A DNA stretch of 64,000 nucleotides from Patescibacteria group bacterium (GTDB lineage Bacteria; Patescibacteriota; Patescibacteriia; Veblenbacterales; UBA10138), in contig JBAZOT010000006.1 of the NCBI GenBank assembly GCA_041648575.1, positions 11,893 to 75,892 of the forward strand. The letters are read 5' to 3'. Position numbers and translations under genes: made by a program. Numbering within the stretch: position 1 is the stretch's first letter; every line of letters begins with the position of its first letter. Below are positions 30,207-39,159 of this stretch, in pieces. The notes beneath the pieces were generated by a model. It did no database searches and was not told where the DNA came from. It saw nothing but the letters and a program-made list of their open reading frames with translations.

Positions 30207-31217
30207 TTAATTATTCGGAATTAGTACGTTTTCGTAAGCGATAAACTTCGGTTTTATATCTTCTTCATAATTCCAAGTATCAGATTGCACATCAACATTT
30301 CTATCTGAAACTATTATAGGATAGCCACTTTGTGTTTTCGTTTTGTCATATATCCCAATTATAATCTGATTACCATTTACTTTTATATTATACTCAGCAT
30401 TTTGTCCCATTCCGAATGTTATATTGGAAATCAACCATTGGTTTTCCTTAACCACAAAAAGATTATTTTTAGAATCAGTTTCTAAATTAATAATATATAC
30501 ACCATTCATATCCCATTTAATTAATCTTTTACCATCCGCAAGAATCTTGTAGCTATCACTAGCCCAACCACGATATAAATCATACGTTGCAATAAAATTA
30601 CTCACAGCTAGCTCTTTTATTGTTAAATTAGATAAATCTAGACTATAAATTGCATTAATTCCCGAATATGGCACGTCGCTTTCCAAGTGATAAGCAGTTT
30701 TGAAATATAAATATTTTCCATCAGATGGAGCAGAAAACAGTTCTATATACATTGCACAACTGGGTTTCTCTTTTTCACCAGAGGAAATTAATTGTAATAA
30801 ACTAGGAATTAAAATTTCAGTTTTATTTTTTACCAGTTTCGTGTCCTCAGCGTCACTCCAATAATCTTCATAACAAGATTTATCTAGTTGATTATAGATC
30901 GGGGATTGTTTCAATGGATAATTGATTAAGGAATAATCTTTTAGATTAATATCACTTACATTATTACATTTTTCCTCCCAAACCCTTAAACACTTCTGTT
31001 TTTGTTCACACCAAGAATAACCAGCTGAGCCAATACAGCCATGTTCATCCTCATTATTACCAACTAATGGTTGATTTGTATTGGAGCTAACATTAACTGA
31101 AGTATTATTATCATTTTGTTTAACTGGCTTTTGTTGAGTTGGTGTTTTAGAGCAACTAGCCCCAAGCAACATAACACCGAGTAGTAATATACTGAAGGTT
31201 ACTATTGATTTTTTCAT
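30207..31217 (-). CDS. putative lipoprotein with DEHGCIGSAGYSWC Cys-rich motif
   Basis: lipobox-like LLGASC; low-complexity linker; beta-rich body. Confidence 0.7.
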   Translation of the reverse strand: MKKSIVTFSILLLGVMLLGASCSKTPTQQKPVKQNDNNTSVNVSSNTNQPLVGNNEDEHGCIGSAGYSWCEQKQKCLRVWEEKCNNVSDINLKDYSLINYPLKQSPIYNQLDKSCYEDYWSDAEDTKLVKNKTEILIPSLLQLISSGEKEKPSCAMYIELFSAPSDGKYLYFKTAYHLESDVPYSGINAIYSLDLSNLTIKELAVSNFIATYDLYRGWASDSYKILADGKRLIKWDMNGVYIINLETDSKNNLFVVKENQWLISNITFGMGQNAEYNIKVNGNQIIIGIYDKTKTQSGYPIIVSDRNVDVQSDTWNYEEDIKPKFIAYENVLIPNN

Positions 31218-31481
31218 AACAAATATAGAATTATTATTTAATACTTTAATTATACCCCTTACTATAACTAAAAACCACCCCCATCGGATGGTTTAAAAGG
31301 TGCCTTCAGGGGCTAGTGGAGGACGTTAGAACCAGGATTGTGGCCAAAGAGATAGCCTTAGCTTAGTTACCCCACCCCTCGAACCACTATTGTTTTAGGA
31401 ATAAAAAAGAGAACACTATCAATTAGTGACAATGCCCTCTGAATTGTTTGTTAAAGAATAATTGTTACAAAACCGCTCGTT

Positions 31482-32321
31482 CTATTTAAGAAAACGAGGT
31501 ACTGCTATTGGTTCATCTTCTGAACTTCTGGCCACAAGGAATATAAGTGAGGCGTTAGCGGCACCAAGGTTGGGAAGAAGTATTAGTTCGTTTCTTTCAC
31601 CAAGTCCACTTCCACCAAGTAGTAGGTACGCATGACATGTACTATTGAAGGATTTATCCATGCCTATCCTCAAGGCTTGATAACCAGCAATAAAGACAAC
31701 TGGAACATGGCTGTCATGCATCCGTTGCTGCCACTTAGGAAAGTATGATGCTGCCCAAAGTACTGCCGAGCTTGGAACTATAGAGGGATCCATTGCTTCC
31801 AAGGGATCTACGCCCCAATTGTCTAGTCGGGTGTTATTTGCGGGATCATAGAACGAAGCCATCGCGTTTATTATTTTACTCAGCTTTTCAGGTTCTTCAG
31901 ATACACTGACATCACCTTGATTCCACATGTGTGCGAGATCAATAATCCGCCAGCTCAACCCACGGCGGTGGGTAAGCCCAGGCCGTAAGCGCAGGTGAGA
32001 CTTGTCGAATGACAACTCGGGCTGGCGGTAATACTTCGGCTGTACCGCCGCGGCAAAAAGGCTTGCCTCCTCAACCGTCTCCCGCACATTGTCCAACATC
32101 ACATCAAGCACTACCGCAGCCAGCATACCAGGTACGTGTGGCCATGGTGGTGGCGCCCCCAGTGCTTTGAAATCTGCCTCAGTGAAACCCCAACCACGTT
32201 CACGGTTTCGTTCTCGCACGATATACAGCTGTACCTCTTGTGGGGTTATATTCGGAAAGTTGTCAGTTGGTACCAACAGCGCCTGCCGCTCCTCATTTAT
32301 GTTGTGTTCATACTTTTTCAT
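31482..32321 (-). CDS. hypothetical protein (cassette cargo; higher GC)
   Basis: 279 aa ORF bounded by junction repeats. Confidence 0.65.
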   Translation of the reverse strand: MKKYEHNINEERQALLVPTDNFPNITPQEVQLYIVRERNRERGWGFTEADFKALGAPPPWPHVPGMLAAVVLDVMLDNVRETVEEASLFAAAVQPKYYRQPELSFDKSHLRLRPGLTHRRGLSWRIIDLAHMWNQGDVSVSEEPEKLSKIINAMASFYDPANNTRLDNWGVDPLEAMDPSIVPSSAVLWAASYFPKWQQRMHDSHVPVVFIAGYQALRIGMDKSFNSTCHAYLLLGGSGLGERNELILLPNLGAANASLIFLVARSSEDEPIAVPRFLK

Positions 32322-32743
32322 GATTTTACCTCTTTATTTTTTGTTACATTATGATATAAGCCAACAAAAACAAGCAAATAGTCTGCTTGTGACTGTTTGT
32401 AAAAGAGCTACTTCCTTTGTATTACAGTTTACACTATCTTACCACCGAATGGCGGTTTGTCAATGTCTTGAAACCACATACAAATAAAATGATTCGTAAA
32501 CCAAAAATCACTCAAACGAACGGTTAAAAGATAATGGCTCCGCATCGTGCCTGCCCGCCTTGGGTGGGGACGACGTTAGAACCAAGATTATGGAAGCTGG
32601 GGAGGTTTATATGCCTGATTTAAGGACATACTTCCAGTTTGTAGTCTACCCCACCCCATGAACCACTATTGTTTTAGGAATAAAAAAGAGGACACTATCA
32701 ATTGGTGACAATGTCCTCCGAATTGTTTGTTGTTTATTTACTA

Positions 32744-33427
32744 TCAATTGGCAAGCTTAACGGCAACGAAAAGAGTATTACGATACCACCGACTCTTATC
32801 ATTAATCTTTTCCAAACCAATATAACGCCTTGTAGTAGTTGCCCACAAAAAGCAGACGCGTTTCGAACCATCTTGCTGCCGCGACATTGTGCCAAGCCCG
32901 GCTACGGAGTATCCCCTTTGAATATCGGGAAATCTTGCTCCAAAGGCCAGAAGTTCCGGCAGTTCTGCAGGACGAAGATTACGTTTTACCAGCTCAGCAA
33001 TAACATCTTTAATGGTTGGAAATAACGACGGGTCATTAAAAAGAACGGGAATAATATACACCTCGGCCTTACCTTGACGTGTGGCAGGGAAATTTTCATC
33101 TGTGATAGTAGGGTCTACGCCGTCATATTTTCCCGCCAAGACTGCCTCTGCTGTAGATAGATCGTAGTTTACTGATACGGTTACTCCTGTTTCGGCTATC
33201 TGTTTTGCTTTTCGTAATCCTTCCTCCTGAAGCGCCCGCCCCTGATCTATACCCTCTTGGATTTTTCGCGTTTTACCCGCATCGTCAACCATTTTTGATA
33301 TTGCCATTACCAACAATAGGATTACGAATAGCCCCCTTCCCCAATCCGTACTGAGTATGGCGATAATTATCATAAGTGCCATGTATCCAAAAAATGCTAT
33401 CAGCAAAGCTATGACTATAATCTCCAT
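32744..33427 (-). CDS. TM-anchored hypothetical protein with LRPAELPELLAFGA motif
   Basis: 227 aa; AGGAG-like SD upstream; bounded by junction repeats. Confidence 0.7.
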   Translation of the reverse strand: MEIIVIALLIAFFGYMALMIIIAILSTDWGRGLFVILLLVMAISKMVDDAGKTRKIQEGIDQGRALQEEGLRKAKQIAETGVTVSVNYDLSTAEAVLAGKYDGVDPTITDENFPATRQGKAEVYIIPVLFNDPSLFPTIKDVIAELVKRNLRPAELPELLAFGARFPDIQRGYSVAGLGTMSRQQDGSKRVCFLWATTTRRYIGLEKINDKSRWYRNTLFVAVKLAN

Positions 33428-33809
33428 GACGCTACTCCTTTCTATTAAGGTACTGTTATTTTATATTGGTATTTACCTAATTTATATTTAGGTTGATTTT
33501 AATTCTGCTTTATCATTAGCATAATATCCATAATTTGTCCATAGCATCATATACCAAAAACCACCTTCATCAGGTGGTTTAAAAGTGCCTTCAGGGCATC
33601 GTGGAGGATGTTAGAACTGTAATTCGGGGACAAAAGAGGTGTATTTATGTCCCTGATTTGAGACTGGATCGGAATATACAAACTTGGAATTTAGATTAAG
33701 GGGGGTGGCTTATTCTTGACAGAACAGTTATGAAGTATTAAGGTTATCACAAACAAACTAAAGTTATTTTAATGAACCCGTCCACGAGGATTCGTGGTAA
33801 AAAAGATTT

Positions 33810-34184
33810 TTGAAAGGAAGTAATATGGCAAAAAGTCAAGATGCTACTGAGCGTGAAGATAGGTTTATGAAGTTATTTGAAATGGTTCAGCCGGCTTTAA
33901 TTCCGCCACAAAATATGCAGACTAAGCAACTTATTGAAAAGACCTATGATATTATACAGAAGCTCCAACGCAGACTTCAATGTGTCTTTAACATTTCACA
34001 AGAAAAAAATGAACAAATTTTTCTTGCTTGGTATATCGGAGAACTACAACGGCTTAATTTGGAGATGAAGAAGAACAAATATGCGATATACAAAGCTTTT
34101 CCTTTCTGCGCCGCCTTGAGCCAAGCAATTAAGATTTACGAAGACGCATTCAAAGTTGATGAATATACTGAAGAGCCCACCTAA
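33810..34184 (+). CDS. hypothetical protein (probable start ATG 33825)
   Basis: ORF with TTGACA at 33716, GGAAG before the ATG, and a hairpin terminator at ~34219-34250. Confidence 0.55.
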   Translation: MKGSNMAKSQDATEREDRFMKLFEMVQPALIPPQNMQTKQLIEKTYDIIQKLQRRLQCVFNISQEKNEQIFLAWYIGELQRLNLEMKKNKYAIYKAFPFCAALSQAIKIYEDAFKVDEYTEEPT

Positions 34185-34479
34185 TGGCGCAAATAATTTC
34201 CTTTTTGTTCCCAAATAAAGCTCATTAACAACAATAAGTTAATGAGCTTTTCTTTATCCAAAAACCGCCCTCATCGGATGGTTTAAAAGGTGCCTTCAGG
34301 GGCGGTAGGAATCCTTTTCCCCCAAAATTTAGCAACGCTTTGGCGTAAGCTAAATTTTTCCTCCAAAGCCCGGGTGTTCAAAAACGTAAAGCAGTTTACA
34401 TTTTTGAACTACCCTTCGATTCCTACCTCCGCCACAAACAAGAAAAGAGCATTCCCGAAAAATCGGAACTGCTCTTTTC

Positions 34480-34553
34480 TGGCAGGGGCGGTAGGAATCG
34501 AACCCACGCTAGAGGTTTTGGAGACCCCTGTACTACCATTATACGACGCCCCC
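34480..34553 (-). tRNA. tRNA-Trp(CCA)
   Basis: GGGGGCG...GGGGT-CT-CCA-AA-ACCTC...GGTTCGATTCC...CGCCCCTGCCA. Confidence 0.92.
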
Positions 34554-34578
34554 ACAATCCGCCCGGGGCGGATTTAAG

Positions 34579-34734
34579 CTACTTGGTTTCTTTGTGCGGT
34601 GTATGTTTTTTACACCACTTGCAGTGTTTCTTGGTTTCTAATCTAGTCTTTACTTTCTTCTTGTTCCGATAAGTATGATGCGTAATTTGATGACATTCAC
34701 TGCACTCAAGTTTGATTAAGTTATCTTGTGACAT
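34579..34734 (-). CDS. rpmG: 50S ribosomal protein L33 (Zn-binding CxxC form)
   Basis: MSQDNLIKLECSEC...RLETKKHCKWCKKHTPHKE; start shifted to ATG 34734. Confidence 0.92.
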   Translation of the reverse strand: MSQDNLIKLECSECHQITHHTYRNKKKVKTRLETKKHCKWCKKHTPHKETK

Positions 34735-34817
34735 ATATTTAGAGTCTAGAATTAAGAATAATGAATTATGAATTTTTTGCTGGCCGGTCACGTAGCGTGG
34801 CGATAGCAAATTTTATG

Positions 34818-34892
34818 TGGAGCCACCTCTCGGATTTGAACCGAGGACCTACAGTTTACAAAACTGTTGCTCTACCACTGAGCTAAGGTGGC
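34818..34892 (-). tRNA. tRNA-Thr(TGT)
   Basis: GCCACCTTAGCTCAG...ACAGT-TT-TGT-AA-ACTGT...GGTTCAAATCC...AGGTGGCTCCA. Confidence 0.93.
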
Positions 34893-34945
34893 GCTGATAA
34901 TTAAAGAGGGTGGCATACCAAAACTGTAGAGAAGCATCTAGTTTA

Positions 34946-35031
34946 TGGTGGGTGGAGTAGGATTCGAACCTACGAAGGCCGGAGCCAGCAGATTTACAGT
35001 CTGCCCCGTTTGACCGCTTCGGTATCCACCC
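34946..35031 (-). tRNA. tRNA-Tyr(GTA)
   Basis: GGGTGGATACCGAAGCGG...GCAGA-CT-GTA-AA-TCTGC, long variable arm, CCA end. Confidence 0.93.
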
Positions 35032-35045
35032 ATATTTTATAAAAA

Positions 35046-35282
35046 CTATATTAATTTTTTAAATGCCTCGCCTCCTTTATATGATTTGATCTGCAACTCT
35101 CTTTTATAGGCTTCTGATTTTGAATTAAATTTTTCAATGTATATTACTCGCCACGGAATTCCACTTTTAGTCGATCTAACTAATCCTTTATTATGTCTAG
35201 ACAATCTTTGCTCTAAATTTTCTGTATGACCAATATAGTACTTTTGGTTAGTTTGACTCTGCAATATGTAAGTAATATACAT
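35046..35282 (-). CDS. small stand-alone GIY-YIG nuclease
   Basis: MYITYILQS...YYIGHTENLEQRLSRHN...STK...PW...E.F.SKSEAYKRELQIK; start set at ATG 35282 because the upstream extension is REP-derived. Confidence 0.88.
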   Translation of the reverse strand: MYITYILQSQTNQKYYIGHTENLEQRLSRHNKGLVRSTKSGIPWRVIYIEKFNSKSEAYKRELQIKSYKGGEAFKKLI

Positions 35283-35293
35283 AATCCAACTAC

Positions 35294-35379
35294 GGAGATT
35301 TATGCCGCCTCTGGCGGGGTGGCAGTCTGCCCCAGCTTGTCCCGCCACCGGCGGGATTTGACCGCTTCGGTATCCACCC
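35294..35379 (-). pseudogene. tRNA-Tyr 5'-half duplicate interrupted by two palindromes
   Basis: agattta[..]cagtctgccc[..]tttgaccgcttcggtatccaccc matches 34990-35031. Confidence 0.75.
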
Positions 35380-35473
35380 GTGAACTAATCACTCGCTTCG
35401 CTCGTTCTAATTCACGGCACGCCTAAACTGCAAGTGAGGCTGCGCCATGTACCCGAACGAAGTGAGTGGTACG

Positions 35474-35865
35474 TGGAGCTGTTACACGCCTGTCCGCCTT
35501 TAGCGGAGATTTGAACCCTGAACCAGACGTCGCTACACTCCATCGGTACAGGGCGGACCGCGGACCCTTTGCCCAGTACTGTGCTTTGCTCTAGTACTGG
35601 GTACTCCTTACCCCAGAAGCAGTCCGCCTTAGGCGGACGCTACTGGGCAAACATGGAGTTCATCTGCCCGGAGCCGTTGCGCGGATTTGAACCGCGGACC
35701 TACTCCTTACCATGGAGTTGCTCTACCAACTGAGCTACAACGGCTCTAGGCAGACGTATCATCCGAATGCTGGAGTTGCTCCCTGCCCCGTATGTAAATG
35801 AGCAAAGCGAATTCTACTGCGGGGTACCAACTGAGCCCTGCCTACCGGCAGGCAGGTACAACGGC
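35474..35865 (-). pseudogene. tRNA-Thr(GGT) ghost copy split by six palindromic inserts and enclosing the intact gene
   Basis: Collinear pieces tggagctgttacacg / gatttgaa / ccgcggacc / tactccttac / catggagtt ... tggagttgctc / taccaactgagc / tacaacggc rebuild the tRNA. Confidence 0.75.
35672..35744 (-). tRNA. tRNA-Thr(GGT)
   Basis: GCCGTTGTAGCTCAGTTGGTAGAGCA-ACTCC-AT-GGT-AA-GGAGT...GGTTCAAATCC...CAACGGCT. Confidence 0.92.
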
Positions 35866-36028
35866 CCAACTACGCTTGGATTTATTCCCAAGCTACGATG
35901 GGCGAGTGTACTTTTATACTATTTTTCTCGCCCTCCATAGCTTGAGTGTAACGAAAGTGGCAGAAGGAGCTACATCTACCATGGACAGACGTATCATCCG
36001 TATACCAGAGTTGCTTCTTTTAAATTAA

Positions 36029-37006
36029 TTATTTGGTAACGGTTCTTTTTTTCTTTACTATCCGAGCTATTGGCTGTCCCATAATTTGCTTTAACGAAGA
36101 ACTAATATGGCGTCTGGGTCGTAACTTTTCTACCAATTCTCTAATATTTTTATCAAATTGTGATATCTTATTATTTTGCGGATTTACTTCCCTTAAGACA
36201 TCCAGAGCGCTTTGGGCGTCTGTTGGACGCTCATTTACTATACTGATTTCAATAAAAAAGTCAAGCATACGAGGATTGGTTGGCTCCAGTACCCGCGCTC
36301 GATTAACCGCTTCCCAAGCTTCATTAATTTGCCCCAAGTCTTTATATAATTGTGCTAAATCAAAATAAACTTGACTAGTCCCAGTAGGCTCTTTTTCCAA
36401 ATAATTCAAATATTCTATCTTGGCTGCTTCCAATTGCCCCTGCCCTAATAAAGCCTGAGCCAAACCAATGTGATATAGTGGTTTAGTTTGGTAATGGCTA
36501 ACCAAGTATGTATAAAGCTCTTGCGCTGATTCGTAATCATTATTAGCTAAATAAAGTTTACCCAGCCCTTCGTAGGCTTTGGTTTCTTTGGGCGACTGTC
36601 GAATAATCTCCAAATATAATCTTTCCGCATCATCAAAATTTTCTTTAGTAAGCGCCTCACTGGCTTGCTGATATAAATCGTCCAGTGGTTTTGAACCTTC
36701 AGTTTTGGAAATTATTTTCTGTTTTACCTCATCTTCTAATTCTTTTACCTTTTGCCCTAGCTGGTGGCTATATTTTTTAAATATTTCCTTCAACGGACTA
36801 ATCGCCGTTTGTAAAATAACCTTGAATCCAGAAAACTTACGAATCAACCGCGCTTCAGTTAAATCGGTCTTGACTTGTTGTTGTTTAATATTTACCAAAC
36901 GCTCGGTATCTATCATTTTTAAAACCGGAAATTTTTTAACAAACATCCAAATAATACCTACCAACGAGATTACAGCAATGATTCCTAATATAACATCAAT
37001 GATCAT
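36029..37006 (-). CDS. TM-anchored tetratricopeptide repeat protein
   Basis: A...Y...I...P....AY..LG.LY TPR pattern repeated. Confidence 0.8.
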   Translation of the reverse strand: MIIDVILGIIAVISLVGIIWMFVKKFPVLKMIDTERLVNIKQQQVKTDLTEARLIRKFSGFKVILQTAISPLKEIFKKYSHQLGQKVKELEDEVKQKIISKTEGSKPLDDLYQQASEALTKENFDDAERLYLEIIRQSPKETKAYEGLGKLYLANNDYESAQELYTYLVSHYQTKPLYHIGLAQALLGQGQLEAAKIEYLNYLEKEPTGTSQVYFDLAQLYKDLGQINEAWEAVNRARVLEPTNPRMLDFFIEISIVNERPTDAQSALDVLREVNPQNNKISQFDKNIRELVEKLRPRRHISSSLKQIMGQPIARIVKKKRTVTK

Positions 37007-37020
37007 AGACGGTAATAATG

Positions 37021-37797
37021 TTAATCAGCTAATTTTTTTATAATAGAAACAAACCGGCGAGCATCTAAAGACGCGCTACCCACCAATACCCCAGAAACTA
37101 TTTTACTTGGTAAAAAATCAGTAATATTACTGGCGTCCACACTACCGCCGTAAATTATTCTTACTTGATTACTGACCACTGACGGAGACCACATATCATA
37201 TAAAGCCTGAAGAATTACTTGTGCCGTATGCTCGGCCTCTTGCCCAGTAACTGCCTGGCCCGAACCAATCACCCAAACCGGCTCGTAGGCAATAACTAAT
37301 TTGGCTGCTACTTCCAATTGAACACCAGACAAACCATGTTTAACCTGCTGACTAATTATTAAATCTTTATTTCCTTGCTGACGCTCGCTAAAAGTCTCCC
37401 CCACGCACAAAATCGGGGTAAGGCCAGCTGATAAGGCCGACATTACTTTATAATTAATCATTTGATTGGTCTCTTTTAAATAATTGCGCCGTTCGCTGTG
37501 CCCAACAATCACATACTTCACGCCCAATTCTTGCAGCATCACTGCAGATACTTCACCAGTATAAGGACCAGTTGATTTCCAAAATACATCTTGCGCGCCC
37601 AGAGCAATTCCCTGCCCCTTAATTAAATCTCTGGTATTTTTTAAAGCCACAAATGAGGGACAAATCGCAATCTCAAAATCCTTAAGGTAACTACTGGTTC
37701 CTTTGATTAACTCTTTAACTAATTTATCATTTTCAGCCAAAGATAAATTCATTTTCCAATTAGCTAAAATTATTGGCTGCTTATTAAATTTTGGCAT
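37021..37797 (-). CDS. tpiA: triosephosphate isomerase
   Basis: ANWKMN, GAQD, GPYTGEVS, VGHSERR, AYEPVWVIG, YGGSV; start set at ATG 37797. Confidence 0.95.
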   Translation of the reverse strand: MPKFNKQPIILANWKMNLSLAENDKLVKELIKGTSSYLKDFEIAICPSFVALKNTRDLIKGQGIALGAQDVFWKSTGPYTGEVSAVMLQELGVKYVIVGHSERRNYLKETNQMINYKVMSALSAGLTPILCVGETFSERQQGNKDLIISQQVKHGLSGVQLEVAAKLVIAYEPVWVIGSGQAVTGQEAEHTAQVILQALYDMWSPSVVSNQVRIIYGGSVDASNITDFLPSKIVSGVLVGSASLDARRFVSIIKKLAD

Positions 37798-37816
37798 AAG
37801 TTTATTAATTAATGTA

Positions 37817-38389
37817 TTAAGTATTTTGTTCACCAGTCGTTGCTTCACCGGTTGGCATTCTTTGTTCTAATAATTGTTCCAGACTCTCGGGTGTATGCAA
37901 ACGATCATAATCTGGTAATTTTTTAATATCAGTCAAACCCAGGAAACGCAAAAAATCTACAGTTACTTGGTAAATCGGCACTACCCCGTTTTCTAACTGT
38001 TCCACTAAACCGCGAATCTGCAGGTTACGTAATATTAAGCTGCAGTTTACTCCCCTAATCTGCTCTAATTCTGATTTAGCAATCGGCCCGCGATAAGCAA
38101 TAACTGATAACGCCTCTAACTGCGGCCGGGTTAACTCACTTAATTCTTCTTTTTTTAAAAAATCGCGAATTAATTTAGTGTGTTCCGGACTAGTTACCAG
38201 CTCCACTTCTTGACCCTGCTGTACTATTTTTAATCCACTCCCCTCACCAAAACGCTGTATTAACTCATCTAAAGCTTGCTTCACCTGTTCTACCTCGCAG
38301 GTTATAATTTCTGCCAACTTTTTAATTGACAAGGGTTTGGCAGCAGCAAATAAAATACTTTCTAATTGTCCGGTGATGTTAGTTTTCAT
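37817..38389 (-). CDS. scpB: SMC-Scp complex subunit ScpB
   Basis: LESILFAA, LTRPQLEALSVIAYRGPI...IRGVN, FLRFLGL. Confidence 0.93.
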   Translation of the reverse strand: MKTNITGQLESILFAAAKPLSIKKLAEIITCEVEQVKQALDELIQRFGEGSGLKIVQQGQEVELVTSPEHTKLIRDFLKKEELSELTRPQLEALSVIAYRGPIAKSELEQIRGVNCSLILRNLQIRGLVEQLENGVVPIYQVTVDFLRFLGLTDIKKLPDYDRLHTPESLEQLLEQRMPTGEATTGEQNT

Positions 38390-39089
38390 GGTGTAACGAA
38401 GTTATGCTTATATCTTGAAATAATTCAGCTTGTTTAACAATTATTTCCCGCTGTTTAACCAATTCCAATAAAGCAAGAAATGACACTATTAATTCTGTTT
38501 TATCTTTGGCTTCAGCCACAAAAGTATACCAATTTAAATGCGCTTTAGCTAGTATTTTCCTTTTTAAATCCTGAATTTTTTCATTAATTGAAATGGCCTT
38601 GGTCAAGGTAATTTGAGGCAATTTAATAATCGGCTCTAATTTCTTTAATACCACTTCCCAAACCTGCTTAAGCGTAGCACTGGTTAAACCGTGGGGCGGA
38701 GTAAATTTCGGCTCGTCTTTTAAAATTAATGGTTTGTCGCGGCCATACATCACCTGCTGGCGATTCCACATACGATTTACAACCTTAGATGCTTCTAAAA
38801 ATTCTTTGTATATCTTTAACTGCCGCTCCAGTTCTTGCTCTTCCTCTTCACCGCCCAAATGCAGCATTGGCAGCAGCACGCGCGATTTGATTAATAATAA
38901 TTTTGATGCCACTACTAAAAAATCCGCCACTTCATCAGGATTTAAATCAGTAGCTTGCTGAAAATACTTAATGTATTGTTCCGTTACCTGCGCCAAACTC
39001 ACTTCGGTAATATCAAGCTTTTCCTGCTCAATTAATTGCAGCAGAACGTCAAGAGGCCCTTGAAATTTTTCTATATTAATTTCGTGCAC
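38379..39089 (-). CDS. scpA: segregation/condensation protein A
   Basis: FQGPLDVLLQLI, FLVVASKLLLIKSRVLLP, VSFLALLELVK. Confidence 0.93.
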   Translation of the reverse strand: MHEINIEKFQGPLDVLLQLIEQEKLDITEVSLAQVTEQYIKYFQQATDLNPDEVADFLVVASKLLLIKSRVLLPMLHLGGEEEEQELERQLKIYKEFLEASKVVNRMWNRQQVMYGRDKPLILKDEPKFTPPHGLTSATLKQVWEVVLKKLEPIIKLPQITLTKAISINEKIQDLKRKILAKAHLNWYTFVAEAKDKTELIVSFLALLELVKQREIIVKQAELFQDISITSLHHEN

Positions 39090-39159
39090 AATAAAAATTT
39101 AAAATTAAAAAACTTATTACCTTTCATACCGCTATCGCGGAATAATATTAAAAATACAA

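Larger units (their letters stand above)
26761..34313. mobile_element. tRNA-Trp-anchored cassette island with seven related att-like junction repeats
   Basis: Junctions at ~26761, 29086, 29984, 31270, 32501, 33554, 34258 share ccaaaaaccacc-hairpin/gccttcaggg and/or GA(T/C)GTT(A/C)GAAC; 34297-34313 is an exact 17-nt copy of tRNA-Trp 34483-34499. Confidence 0.75.

Noticed and set aside
26761-34313. Classical integron (GTTAGAAC resembles the GTTRRRY core) or CRISPR array
   Set aside because: No intI, no RYYYAAC...GTTRRRY attC foldback, the seventh base is not a pyrimidine, spacing is gene-sized, and there are no cas genes.
34290-35426. ORFs 34290..34577 and 35226..35426, plus 35798..36028, 53996..54238 and 54031..54279
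   Set aside because: They are translations of tRNA, ghost-tRNA and palindromic repeat sequence.
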